Shown here piece by piece: positions 24,795 to 41,907 of a DNA stretch of 47,845 nt. The position numbers were made by a program, and so were the translations under genes. Position 1 is the first letter of the stretch. Each line of letters opens with the position of its first letter. Source of the stretch: Octopus sinensis (Eukaryota); NCBI RefSeq assembly GCF_006345805.1, contig NW_021828070.1, positions 1 to 47,845 of the forward strand, read 5' to 3'. Under the pieces are notes generated by a model. It saw nothing but the letters and a program-made list of their open reading frames with translations, did not search any database and had not been told where the DNA came from.

Positions 24795-25767
24795 TACCGC
24801 AAATCCTCAAGTATAGTCCGCCCTTGAGTATAATACGCAGGGTATTTTTAGGGGACTGTACCTCTGATAAACCTAAACCTTGTGTATAATACGCATCCCT
24901 TCTCTAACTTGAGTCAAGGAGGTCTATATAACGTCCTAGGTCTTTAAAAATGTATACGGTAACGTTCTTTATTATTGCATTCTTGCCTTCTTTATCTTTG
25001 GTATCTGTTTAATTTCATCTTTATTTTTTCTCCGTAACCTGACATTGCTTTCGTCAACATCAAATTTTCTTCCGGTGGCCCTATTATCATGCTCTTCAGC
25101 ATATGATATAACTTAAAGTTTAAACATAGCTGAATAAGATCTACGAGGCATTTTATGGGTAAGTAATGTATAAAATGTTTTATTGGAGATTAATGTACAG
25201 GTTTAAGTCCCGCTTATAAAAAAACCCTAGTAAAGACCCACAGTAGTTCAAACATTTAATACTGGTATTTAATTAAGCAGCTATTGTTTGCCACGGTAAT
25301 GATGCAAACTGCCAATAGAAATAGCAGGATGAACTATTTAGCGCTAAACCATTAAGCACAATTCGTGTGTAATTTAGCCAACAGTAACTAGTCGAACAAA
25401 CACTTCCGCGCATTCGTAATACAATAATGGTGATGTTCTTAACTGTTATATGGGAATGTAAATATATTTGCAAATTGTTTTTGTTACATGTTATTCTGTG
25501 ATCTGAATACTTTTATTTTAATGAATGTTGCTTACTGCAAGTTATGGATGATTTTTTTATGACTTCATTGCTTTCAGGCTTAGCTTAAGGTATTTTCGAG
25601 CCCTACATCACAAAATGCGTCTGAATAAACATTGCTGGACAGCAAATAGAGACTCGGCCATTGTTTAGAAACTATTTATCATTTTTAACCTCGTATATAG
25701 TACGCACTAGGAATATTGACCTTTGAATTTTGGGAAAAATGCGAAATATACTCGAGGATTTACGGTA
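24795..25767 (-). mobile_element. pogo-type (Tc1/mariner superfamily) non-autonomous DNA transposon
   Basis: 21-bp TIRs including terminal TA: TACCGCAAATCCTCAAGTATA and TATACTCGAGGATTTACGGTA (19/21 match). Internal transposase N-terminal remnant. Confidence 0.85.
24975..25151 (-). pseudogene. pogo transposase N-terminal HTH remnant
   Basis: MPRRSYSAMFKL*VISYAEEHDNRATGRKFDVDESNVRLRRKNKD resembles the Brinker-type DNA-binding domain of pogo transposases. One internal stop; DDD domain absent. Confidence 0.8.
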
Positions 25768-26180
25768 CTTAAATGATAAACTTCTGGAAAATTTTACAAA
25801 TTTTTATGTGCGCGTGTACGTGTGTATATGTGTGTGTGAAAGACAGACACAGTGGGGATAGAGAGAAAGAAAGTGGTAGAGAGTACAATCCATATGAATG
25901 AATCAGGGGTAATGCGCATAATTACTGGTGTTTGACATTTAGTTGGACATTTTTTACGAATGTCTGTGTGTGTATGTATGTGTTTGTTAATATGTAAACA
26001 TATATAAATATATATGCATATATGTATATATATATATATATATATACACTGGAGTAAGCACATAAATGTGAAACAAGGTGAAAAATAGAGTACTCAAATA
26101 CCAGAGGTAGAGTAATATATATATGCTTATTTACCTATCCCTCTGTCTGTCTGTATAGCTTTCTATCTGTTTGTTTTTCC

Positions 26181-26265
<85 letters not shown>

Positions 26266-26282
26266 GCATATACATATAACAC

Positions 26283-26510
26283 TGGAGGTGTATGGCTTAG
26301 TGGTTAGTGGTTTTGGACTCATGATCGATTCCTAACTGGTCGACGCATTGTGTTCTTGAGCAAAACACTTCATTTCGCGTTCCTCCGATCCATTCAGCTG
26401 GCAAAAATGACTAATCCAGCAACGGATCAGCGTCCGTCCATGTGGGGAACATATACGCCTTTGAAAACGTGAAACTGGCCCACATGAGCCTGGCATGGCT
26501 TGAGAAGGAA
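26283..26510 (+). mobile_element. CORE-type SINE with the same tail as 15121-15210
   Basis: TGGAGG..TGGCTTAGTGGTTAG head, TTCTTGAGCAAAACACTT core, tail CATGAGCCTGGCATGGCTTGAGAAGGAA. Confidence 0.7.
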
Positions 26511-26813
26511 ATAAATAGCTCATGGCTACAATCCAATACTAATTACTGGAATCAAACCAATGATACCTATTTTTCTAAGTCTGGCCTGTACTCTATCGAT
26601 ATCCTTTTGGAGAACTGCTCAGTTACGGGACGTACAGATTGCAACATGTTTGTCAAGCGGTAATGGGACCCAAACGCAAAGACATATGAGCGCATTCACA
26701 TAGCAGACCTCGTTTATTTACAGTTTACGAAATCCACCCACAAGGCTTTAGTTTGCCCGGGGCCATATTTGCCAAGACATGCCCGAGATTCCGCACAACG
26801 GTACTGAACCTTA

Positions 26814-27223
26814 GAGCTGGCAGAAACGTTAGCACTCCGGTCGAAATGCTTTGCGGTATTTCGTCTGCCGTTACGTTCTTAGTTCAAATTCCACCGAGCT
26901 CGACTTTGCCTTTCATCCTTTCAGGGTCGATTAAATAAGTACCAGTTACACACTGGGGTCGATATAATCGACTTAATCCGTTTGTCTGTCCTTGTTTGTC
27001 CTCTCTGTGTTTAGCCCCTTGTGGGTAGTAAAGAAATAGGTATTTCGTCTATCTTTACGTTCTGAGTTCAAATTCCGCCGAGCTCGACTTTGCCTTTCAT
27101 CCTTTCGGGGTCGATTAAATAAGTACCAGTTACGCACTGGGGCCGATATAATCGACTTAATCCGTTTGTCTATCCTTGTTTGTCCTCTCTGTGTTTAGCC
27201 CCTTGTGGGTAGTAAAGAAATAT
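26814..27223 (+). mobile_element. Dimeric SINE A1 (full unit plus head-less unit), inserted into a decayed family C fragment
   Basis: A single 15-bp TSD GTACTGAACCTTAGA (26801-26815, 27224-27238) brackets both units. Confidence 0.9.
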
Positions 27224-27544
27224 GTACTGAACCTTAGACCTCGTTGTTGGAATGCAATATTCTTACCACATTGCTATTTTTCTGAAAATATATCTCAATT
27301 TCTTTGTCTATTTTTTTTATTTATCTCTTTCAACCTCCCACCCTTATTTTCCTTCTTAATCGTTCATATTTTTTTTTTACATCATTCACTTACATATAAA
27401 CCCTTGTTTCTCATTCCTTCTCTTCAAGTTTATATATCTAATCTCTCAGTATTTCTTCTCCCAAATTCGCAACATCTTCAAAAGTTCCTCCCTAATCTTC
27501 ATCATAATTTTCCCTTGCTTCATTTCATAAATACGACTTCTCTT

Positions 27545-27592
27545 TATCTTCATCAGATATTATTATCATTATCATCATTATCATCATCATCA

Positions 27593-27674
<82 letters not shown>

Positions 27675-27798
27675 CATTATCTTATCATTATCATTACCAT
27701 TATTATTATTATTATCATTATTATTATTATTATTATTATTATTTATTATTATTATATTATTTATTATTATTACATTATCATTATTATTATTATTATTA

Positions 27799-27835
<37 letters not shown>

Positions 27836-27839
27836 TATC

Positions 27840-27877
<38 letters not shown>

Positions 27878-27890
27878 CATTATTATTATC

Positions 27891-27949
<59 letters not shown>

Positions 27950-27965
27950 TATCATTATTATTAAT
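27545..27965. repeat. (TAT)n/(CAT)n tract
   Basis: Directly visible; no element inserted. Confidence 0.95.
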
Positions 27966-28375
27966 TTTTTTTTACAGTATCGCTTGCGTCTAACATTTGC
28001 ATTGACTGCCATTTGCTTCTTTTTTCGTGTTCTTTATCCACCAATATTCTCTGTATTTCTATCAGCGGCGGCGTCTTACTCTTCTTATTTCCAAAGTGGA
28101 ATGACTAAAAGCTTTTCGATATTATTTTGATATACCCATTAGATACTTTCTTCCGTGAAGATTTCTATCTATGAATAATACATAATACCTTAAACAGAAA
28201 GATAGATAGGCAAGCAGAGACACGCATACGCACACCCACCTGTACGTACATATGCATAATGTATATATTATTATATGTATATGAGTATCTATTCGATATA
28301 TACATATACATATATGCATATATATGTGTGTGTGTATGTGTGTATGTATGTATGTATATAATATATATAATGTTA

Positions 28376-28422
<47 letters not shown>

Positions 28423-28551
28423 TGCACATATATTTTTATTATACAAGAGCACCAAAACATATATGCATAATATATTTTTTTATCTATGTCTATACATACA
28501 TAGATACACAAATATATCTGTGTATATGTGGATATTTATTATATATATATA

Positions 28552-28606
<55 letters not shown>

Positions 28607-28753
28607 TAATGATTAATATATATTGCTCATATACAATATCACCATGCTTTAACTGAGACGCATTAGTATACTAGCATATTTTTCTATTTATCGACTTATA
28701 TTTCCAATATCCCAGTCTAAATTTGTCATTCAAATTTATGTATGCAAATGTAG

Positions 28754-28801
<48 letters not shown>

Positions 28802-28838
28802 GTGGGTGTGTGGTAAGTGTGTGTGTATGTGTCTGTAA

Positions 28839-28903
<65 letters not shown>

Positions 28904-29133
28904 CGTGTATGTATAATTTGTCTCTTCATATGAATATATTCTTTGGAATTTATTTATTTACTTGTTCATAAATGTTTCAAATCCTATTCGCTACAATCAT
29001 TTCTTTTATCTGTGCTCTGATAATATGAAAATGGGTTTTGGATACATAATATGGATGTGTTGATGTTTTACACACACACACACACACACACGTATGTTTA
29101 CATATACACGTTATGTATACGTGTATATAAAAT

Positions 29134-29166
<33 letters not shown>

Positions 29167-30741
29167 CATATATATTCTACATATAGATTATAATATGTAT
29201 ATATAACATATACTTACATATGTATATATACATTGATACATACATGCAAACATATACACAAATATATAAAACGTAGATATGTATATCTTTGATAATATCT
29301 GTTGGCGGGAATCTGTATGTCGGTGCATCAATGTACGTGTATATAACCTAAAGAATCTTTCTCTGTTTTATGTGTGCGTGTCAGTCCGGTCCGTATTTTC
29401 ATTGTTATCGCCATTGATGTTACATAATTCATACCGATTGCATTAATATTTATCATCCTTATTTATTCCTCTTATTAATTAGAAAACATCCAATCTTTCT
29501 TTTTATATCATTTTCCGCCCCTTGCTTTTCTCTTTTTCCTTATTACTAACATATATTAAGTTCTCTATTTATATATGTAATTATTTATATATTCAGTTAA
29601 CTTATTTATTTGTTTATTGCTGCTCTGTAATTCAAGATTAAGACGCAAGTATCTGACTGAAAGAACCTGGGGTAGTGGAGGGGGGGGGGCTAGACAAGTA
29701 ACGCCATCTGTCTGGATTATTTTTAATTTCCGGCACAATCTATACGGTTTTCTCCATTCGTAAACTTGTTTCTGACTCTGCCAAAGTGCAAGACTTCTTT
29801 TACGGTTGGCTGGAGTCTAACTGAAACAGGGGTTGAGCAGCGCTGATAGGTGAATTTTGTTTAAAGTCTTTAAGGAAAGAATATGAAAAATGACTTGAAG
29901 ATACCGTCGAAATGAGAGAGAGAGAAAGAGAGGTAGAGAGGTAGAGAAAGAGAGAGGAAGAGGGAGAAGGGGAAAGACAGGAGATTGGGAGAGCTGGTTT
30001 TGATCGAAGGGAGGGAGAGGAGACGGAGAGGGGAAAAGGAGGTGACTGAAATGGAGAGAAATAATAAGAGATTAGAAAGAAGAGAGCGGGAGAGACGAGG
30101 GAGGGAGGGATTTGGAAAAAAGGGTGACGGGGAATAAAGATATTGAGAAAGGGGTGGGAAGGATTAAAGAGAGGAAAAAGAAAGGAGATAAAAGAGATAA
30201 TTACAGATAGGGAGAGTGCGTTACGAGGGGAGAGGTGGTGGGGAGAGAGAGAGAGAGAATGACACATGAAAGGAAACATCAACGAATCATTTTTGTTTAT
30301 GAGACAGAGAGATTGGGAAAGATAAGAAGAAAACCGAACGGTATTTAAAAAGAGAGAAAGAATGATACATAAAGAAAGGGAGAGAGAGAGGTGGGTGAGA
30401 AGAGGAGAGGAGAAGAGATGATAGGAATGAAGGTTGAGATGGGGAAAATGAGGTAGGGTGAGAGGGGGAAAACAGCGGCAGTGAAAAAGGAAAAGAACAG
30501 GAACAATTTAACATATGAAAAGGGTGTGTTTAATGACGTACATTTACACATACACACATAGTTAAACTAGCATTCATATATACAAGCATATACGCAAATT
30601 TTTCAGTGGGTGGATGAGAATTTGAGCAAATGGAACGATTCTCATCCAGTATTTATTCTTCTTCACGTGATTCTTAGATTATAGAATGTGATAAGGAAAT
30701 CAAATTTGATTGGCACTACGCCTAGCAGAACGCCAAATATG

Positions 30742-30816
30742 GAATGCAGCTGAACGGTTGCAGGAAAAATGGTGTGGTTGGTTCCACACCATTTTATACT
30801 GCAACTGTTCGTATTC
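30742..30816. other. Isolated ~25-bp stem hairpin of pre-miRNA size
   Basis: GAACGGTTGCAGGAAAAATGGTGTGG-TTGGTT-CCACACCATTTTATACTGCAACTGTTC, with a possible lower stem GAATGC/GTATTC. Confidence 0.6.
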
Positions 30817-31008
30817 ACTCGCAAATAAATAAATAAATACACACAAAGATGCATACACATATAAACGAATGTATATATACAGTTCAACGTACAAACGTAC
30901 ATACATTCGTATATGCATTAGTGGAAGTATGAATACGCATATTTGTGTGTGTGTGTGTATATGTATGTATTATATATACATATACATATATACATATACA
31001 TATATATA

Positions 31009-31062
<54 letters not shown>

Positions 31063-31371
31063 GTATTTATATGTAAATGTATGTACATGTATGTATACGT
31101 GTATATGATACGCATTTATATATAGGTATGTATGTTTTATAGATATACATACAAGGCAGAGAAGGGAGATGCATGTAAGTGTATGTATGTGTAAGAGAGG
31201 GTGTGTGCGTATGTGTGAGAGTCAGCGTGTGTGTCTTTGCACATGCATATGGATATGCATGTATATATAAGTCTGTGTGTATATGTGCGAGTATATGTAT
31301 TTTTTTGTTTCAATTTTTATTTGTGTCAAACTTGTTTGCGTTCCGTGCTGATAAATTTATATATATATATG

Positions 31372-31421
<50 letters not shown>

Positions 31422-31839
31422 CACAAATACAGGTTTATAAAATGTCATTGTTAAAAAACAGAAGAATATTTATTATTCCAAAATAGTAGAATATAAAAGT
31501 AATACTGCTCAATAGTTCCGGAATAAGTTTCTCAATTATCGAGAGATGAATGTTCTACGCAAGTGGCAGTAGACAGGCTATTTCGGGTGTCCTGGACTAT
31601 AACAGGTAACACTGTCTCGAGGTGGGTGCAATCAACGTAATTGAGAAGTAGTTGAAGTTATGGTCAGAGAAAGGTAGGAGTGAAACACAATAAGTAGCTG
31701 AATTTTGCTGGAACGAACCTAACTTTAACAAGTTAATATTTATGTTGAATGCAATTTTAAATTTTCATCTGTGTGTACATATACATACATAGATACATAG
31801 ATACATATATATATATATTTGTATACTCAGAGAGAAAAC

Positions 31840-32016
31840 CTGCGGCACTGAGAGTATTCGATGATGTAGACTAGTTCTTCTTCTTAAGTTTACGCTGTCC
31901 ATGTTCAGAGAGTGGGAATGGATTCGTGCAAACCCTTTCCCCACAATAAAAAAAATCATCATACACAAGCAGAAAGTAAGACTTATTACAAAAATGGCTG
32001 GTCGTAGCCTTCGCAT
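31840..32016 (-). CDS. Candidate first coding exon of a secreted or type II membrane protein (59 aa)
   Basis: MRRLRPAIFVISLTFCLCMMIFFIVGKGFARIHSHSLNMDSVNLRRRTSLHHRILSVPQ: basic N-terminus plus a 19-aa hydrophobic stretch. Ends at a weak phase-0 donor CAG|GTTTTC. No downstream exons identified. Confidence 0.4.
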
Positions 32017-32070
32017 GCATGAAAATTTCGATCAGGCGATGGCAATACGCGAACACGAGTTTGTAGCAAT

Positions 32071-32103
<33 letters not shown>

Positions 32104-32209
32104 GTGTATGTATGTATGCATGTATGTATGTGTGCATGTATTCATTCATGTGTATGTATGTATGTATGTATGTATGTATGTATGTATATATGTATGTATG
32201 TATGTATGT

Positions 32210-32539
32210 ATGGCTCAGTGGTTGGAGCTTCGGGTTGACAACCATGAGGTAGTGAGTTCGATTTCCGAACGTGGCTATGTGTTGTATTCTTGAGCAAGGC
32301 GCTTTATTTCACATTGCTCAAGTTCGCTCAGTTGAAGAAATGAGTTGTGACGTCACTAGTGCCAAACTGTGTCGGCCTATGCCTTTCCCTTGGATAACTT
32401 CAGTGGCATGGAGAGTGGAGGATGGTATGCATGGGCGACTACTGGTCTTCTATAATAATCTTGCCCGGACTTGTGCCTCGGAGGGTAACATTCTGGGTAC
32501 AATCTCATGGCGAGTCATGCCCGAAAGAGGTCTTTACCC
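32210..32539 (+). mobile_element. CORE-type SINE family D (duplicated at 33423-33750)
   Basis: ATGGCTCAGTGGTT head, TTCTTGAGCAAGGCGCTTTATTTCAC core. Homologous to 44356-44911. Confidence 0.8.
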
Positions 32540-32572
32540 ACCTGTGTTTTCAATATTTATATATATTTATAA

Positions 32573-32799
32573 GCGGTGAGCTGGCAGAAACGTTAGCACG
32601 CCAGGCGAAATGCGTAGTCGTATTTCGTCTGCCGTTACGTTCTGAGGTCGACTTTGCCTTTCATCCTTTCGGGGTCGATAAATTAAGTACCAGTTACGCC
32701 CTGGGGTCGATATAATTGGTATTTCATTTCTCTTTATGTTCTGAGTTGAAATTCCGCCGAGGTTGACTTTGCCTTGTGCCTAGAGTAGAAAAGAATATT
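32573..32799 (+). mobile_element. SINE A with partial second unit and A2 tail (duplicated at 33784-34009)
   Basis: GAGCTGGCAGAAACGTTAGC head; ends CCTTGTGCCTAGAGTAGAAAAGAAT. Confidence 0.82.
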
Positions 32800-34221
32800 T
32801 GTATTCTCTTCTTTGTTTGCCGAGGTTCAATTCACACTCCAGATCTTAATATTTTCTTCTCCAAATCAAACTTTTGATTTTTACCCCCAAAAAAACGCTC
32901 TCTTTCATCATGCAGTCACATTTTTCATTAACAAAAAACAAAAACAACACGTCTGAAAAAGCTATAGTGAAATTTAAAACAGTTATGTTCTGTCTGTATG
33001 TATGTGTGTGTTTTATGTGTGTATATATATATATATATATATTTGTATACTCGAGAGAAAACCTGCGGCACTGAGAGTATTCGATGATGTAGACTAGTTC
33101 TTCTTCTTAAGTTTACGCTGTCCATGTTCAGAGAGTGGGAATGGATTCGTGCAACCCTTTCCCACAAATAAAAAAAATCATCATACACAAGCAGAAAGTA
33201 GATGATTACAAAATGGCTGGTCGTAGCCTTCGCATGCATGAAAATTCGATCAGGCGATGGCAATACGCGAACACGAGTTTGTAGCATCACACACACACAC
33301 ACACACACATTATATATGTGTATGTATGTATGCATGTATGTATGTGTGCATGTATTCATTCATGTGTATGTATGTATGTATGTATGTATGTATGTATGTA
33401 TATATGTTGTATGTATGTATGTATGGCTCAGTGGTTGGAGCTTCGGGTTGACAACCATGAGGTAGTGAGTTCGATTTCCGAACGTGGCTATGTGTTGTAT
33501 CTTGAGCAAGGCGCTTTATTTCACATTGCTCAAGTTCGCTCAGTTGAAGAAATGAGTTGTGACGTCACTAGTGCCAAACTGTGTCGGCCTATGCCTTTCC
33601 CTTGGATAACTTCAGTGGCATGAGAGTGGAGGATGGTATGCATGGGCGACTACTGGTCTTCTATAATAATCTTGCCCGGACTTGTGCCTCGGAGGGTAAC
33701 ATTCTGGGTACAATCTCATGGCGAGTCATGCCCGAAAGAGGTCTTTACCCACCTGTGTTTTCAATATTTATATATATTTATAAGCGGTGAGCTGGCAGAA
33801 ACGTTAGCCACGCCAGGCGAAATGCGTAGTCGTATTTCGTCTGCCGTTACGTTCTGAGGTCGAACTTTGCCTTTCATCCTTTCGGGGTCGATAAAATAAG
33901 TACCAGTTACGCCCTGGGGTCGATATAATTGGTATTCATTTCTCTTTATGTTCTGAGTTGAATTCGCCGAGGTTGACTTTGCCTTGTGCCTAGAGTAGAA
34001 AAGAATATTTGTATTCTCTTCTTTGTTTGCGAGGTTCAATTCACACTCCAGATCTTAATATTTTCTTCTCCAAATCAAACTTTTGATTTTTACCCCCAAA
34101 AAAACGCTCTCTTTCATCATGCAGTCACATTTTTCATTAACAAAAAACAAAAACAACACGTCTGAAAAAGCTATAGTGAAATTTAAAACAGTTATGTTCT
34201 GTCTGTATGTATGTGTGTGTT

Positions 34222-34252
<31 letters not shown>

Positions 34253-34446
34253 TGATAATATGATATAACGCAGGAATTATCGATATGTTAATATTCAATT
34301 AATATTCCATCAATATGCTAATATTCAATTAACTTTTGAAATCTAGAAACACCTGTTACTTTTACATTTTGAAAAAGAAAAAAGATCAAAATAAATGTAA
34401 ACATGGTTGTGAGGTAAGGAGCTTGCTTCACAACAAAAGGCATTGA

Positions 34447-34659
34447 GGCGGCGAGCTGGCAGAATCGTTCGCACGCCAGGCAACATGTTTAGCAGCATCT
34501 CGTCTGTCTTTATGTTCTGAGTTCAAATTCCGCCATGGTCGACTTTGCTTTTCATCTTTTCGGAGTAGTTAAATTAAGTACCAGTGAAACTCTTTGGTTG
34601 ACGAGATCGACTAATCTCTTCCGACCAAAATTTCAGGTCTTGTGCCGATAATAGAAAGG

Positions 34660-34660
<1 letters not shown>
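34447..34660 (+). mobile_element. SINE A2 subfamily followed by (TTA)n
   Basis: A-type head and body; tail TTTCAGGTCTTGTGCCGATAATAGAAAGGA. Confidence 0.82.
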
Positions 34661-39080
<4,420 letters not shown>

Positions 39081-39120
<40 letters not shown>

Positions 39121-39125
39121 TATAA

Positions 39126-39207
<82 letters not shown>
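39081..39207. repeat. (TAT)n at the 3' junction of copy D
   Basis: Directly visible. Confidence 0.96.
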
Positions 39208-39227
39208 TTACACACGCACACACATTC

Positions 39228-39421
39228 TTCTATTCTAATTGTTTCGGTCATTTCATTGTGGCCATGCTGTAACACCGCCTTGAAGGATTTCAGTCAAAAA
39301 CAAATCGACCCGAGCTTTTTTTTTAAAACTAGTACATACACTACGGGAAGTAAACACACCACCACCGGTGTCAAGCGGCGATGACGAACAGACACAGGCA
39401 CATACAAATATATTATATATA

Positions 39422-39460
<39 letters not shown>

Positions 39461-39636
39461 GTATCTATACACATGCATCGATGGGCTTCTTTCAGTTTTC
39501 CGCCAACCAAATCCACTTACAAAGCTTTGGTCGGCCCGAGACTATTGCAGAAGACATTCGCCAAGGTGTCGCGCAGTGGGACTGAACCCGGAACCATGTG
39601 GTTGGGAAGCAAGCTTCTTACTACACACCCATCCTG
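39228..39636 (-). mobile_element. SINE family C
   Basis: Reverse complement of the family C head, core and tail, with internal (TA)n. Confidence 0.85.
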
Positions 39637-39639
39637 TTA

Positions 39640-39646
39640 TATATAT

Positions 39647-39695
<49 letters not shown>

Positions 39696-39918
39696 CTATA
39701 TATATATGTGTGTGTGTTTGTTGTGCGTGTGTGTATGTATATATATGTATTTATATGTAATGTTATGTATATACATATCTATCTATCTATCTATCTATCT
39801 ACTATCTATCTATCTATCCTATCTGTCCTGTCTTCTGTCTGTCTATCTATCTATCTATCTATCTTCTATCTATCTATCTATCTATCTATCTATATATCTA
39901 TATATCTATATCTATCTA

Positions 39919-39972
<54 letters not shown>

Positions 39973-39975
39973 TAT
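39640..39975. repeat. (TA)n and imperfect (TATC)n tracts
   Basis: Directly visible; the (TATC)n at ~39777-39920 carries no LINE. Confidence 0.93.
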
Positions 39976-40124
39976 AGTATATATATATACACGCACAATA
40001 TATTTCCATATGTATAGAGATCCAGAGTGTGTGTGTGTCATTTGAGTGTCGGTGCTTACCCCATTTATATGTGTGCTTGTGTGCGTGTGTGTTAGTATAA
40101 ATACACGTATATATAATATCAAAT

Positions 40125-40245
40125 AGTCCAATCGGTAGCCACTTGCTCCATGACTTGGCATCATTCCATGGAGTCGACGTGACGTGCAACAGGGGAAAAG
40201 TCGGCCGGACTTCGACTTCGATCACAACATCATGGCTTCACAGCA
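40125..40245. promoter_or_regulatory. CpG-rich unique segment, possible promoter
   Basis: Local CpG cluster with CCAAT (CCAATCGG) and CRE-like GACGTGACGTG motifs. Direction unknown. Confidence 0.3.
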
Positions 40246-40492
40246 GAGATTTTAGGGTCTAATGAAGTAAAGGCCACGCACAAGTGGACTGGTTACACCC
40301 TAGCATAGAGAGAGGGGGTTGGATATGAGGAGTTTTCTTCAGGATGATTCAGACTAATAGAAATGCATTTTTGACCATTTGTTATGTAGCTAAATTTAGA
40401 TTGAATTAAATGAAATTGAATGTCCTGTCATGCTTGCCTAATTGTTTGTCTTTCCTCACTACTTAACTACTGAATCTATATATACATAAAGT

Positions 40493-40873
40493 GGAAGCAC
40501 TCCGTCGTTACGACGACGAGGGTTCCGGTTGATCCGATCAACGGAACAGCCTGCTCGTGAAATTAACGTGTAAGTGGCTGAGCACTCCACAGACACGTGT
40601 ACCCTTAACGTAGTTCTCAGGGATATTCAGCATGACACAGAGAGTGACAAGGCCGGCCCTTTGAAATACAGGTACAACAGAAACAGGAAGTAAGAGTGAG
40701 AGAAAGTTGTGGTGAAAGAGTACAGCAGGGATCACCACCATCCCCTGCCGGAGACTCGTGGAGCTTTTAGGTGTTTTCGCTCAATAAACACTCACAACGC
40801 CCGGTCTGGGAATCGAAACCGCGATCCTATGACCGCGAGTCCGCTGCCCTAACCACTGGGCCATTGCGCCTCC
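40493..40873 (-). mobile_element. SINE family B, tail variant 2
   Basis: 15-bp TSD ATATATACATAAAGT at 40478-40492 and 40874-40888. Confidence 0.93.
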
Positions 40874-41087
40874 ATATATACATAAAGTAATAATTGATAG
40901 AATCACTAGATTATAAAGGCTTATGAGCATGTGTTTTTTAGTAAACATTCTTTTTAATCTCACTGAAAAGTACACACCATGAATAAATAGTGGGTTTTTC
41001 CCCCTCTGTGACTAGAAAAAGAAGACCAACCTGATTGTTAGTTTCAGTATTTGTTAACGCTTCATCAAACTGTTTATTCATTTTCCT

Positions 41088-41491
41088 GTGGAGGCGCAAT
41101 GGCCCAGTGGTTAGGGCAGCGGACTCGCGGTCATAGGATCACGGTTTCGATTCCCAGACCGGGCGTTGTGAGTGTTTATTGAGCGAAAACACCTAAAAGT
41201 TCCACGAGGCTCCGGCAGGAGATGGTGGTGATCCCTGCTGTACTCTTTCACCACAACTTTCTCTCACTCTTACTTTTTCTCTCACTCTTACTTCCTGTTT
41301 CTGTTGTACCTGTATTTCAAGGGGCCGGCCTTGTCACTCTCTGTGTCACGCTGAATATCCCTGAGAACTACGTTAAGGGTGCACGTGTCTGTGGAGTGCT
41401 CAGCCACTTACACGTTAATTTCACGAGCAGGCTGTTCCGTTGATTCGGATCAACCGGAACCCTCATCGTCGTAACCGACGGAGTGCTTCCA
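41088..41491 (+). mobile_element. SINE family B, tail variant 2, inverted relative to 40493-40873
   Basis: 12-bp TSD TATTCATTTTCC at 41075-41086 and 41496-41507. Confidence 0.93.
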
Positions 41492-41686
41492 TCCATATTC
41501 ATTTTCCCATCCACAGAAAGAATTAGTGCTCATATCTATTTACAGCATATACAACCTTTAATAGAACTGAATTGGTCTGCCTTATTTGCATACTACTACT
41601 AATGAAAATTTGTAATTAAATGAACTACAATGTGGCAGAAACACAATGCTCTTCTTATGTCACCTTTGAATTTCTAAATAAATTCT

Positions 41687-41710
<24 letters not shown>

Positions 41711-41718
<8 letters not shown>

Positions 41719-41907
41719 CAAAGTAAGCAACAAGGATATCCAAGGTAGAGTAGTACAATTGTTTCATGCTACTTCATTTTATTAAACACTCTACCTTGCA
41801 TATCCTTGTTGCTTATTTTGATTATAATCACCCCATTTGATTTATATGGATAATACCATACAAAATTCTGGTGCCTTTAACTTAAGTACCATATTCATCT
41901 GAATCTA
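41711..41907 (-). mobile_element. Hairpin-terminated repeat element, copy 2
   Basis: Reverse-oriented homolog of 5621-5808; inverted repeat 41711-41826 abuts (TA)n. Confidence 0.75.

Larger units (their letters stand above)
31808..34252. repeat. Tandem duplication, ~1224-bp period, breakpoints in (TA)n
   Basis: TTTGTATACTC at 31818 and 33042. Copies are near-identical and differ mainly by 1-bp indels. Confidence 0.95.

Noticed and set aside
24128-24827. ORFs of repeating MYVC/HTYI
   Set aside because: Translation of (TATG)n microsatellite. The same applies to ORFs at 28122-28971, 30869-31454 and 39706-40225.
29700-29716. CTCF-like motif (CCAGACAGATGGCGT on the minus strand)
   Set aside because: Single imperfect match, expected by chance in 48 kb.
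40232-40266. ATGGCTTCACAGCAG as CCZ1 start exon (phase-2 GT at 40267)
   Set aside because: In-frame TAG at codon 8 and no similarity to the CCZ1 N-terminus (FFIYN...GPREG).
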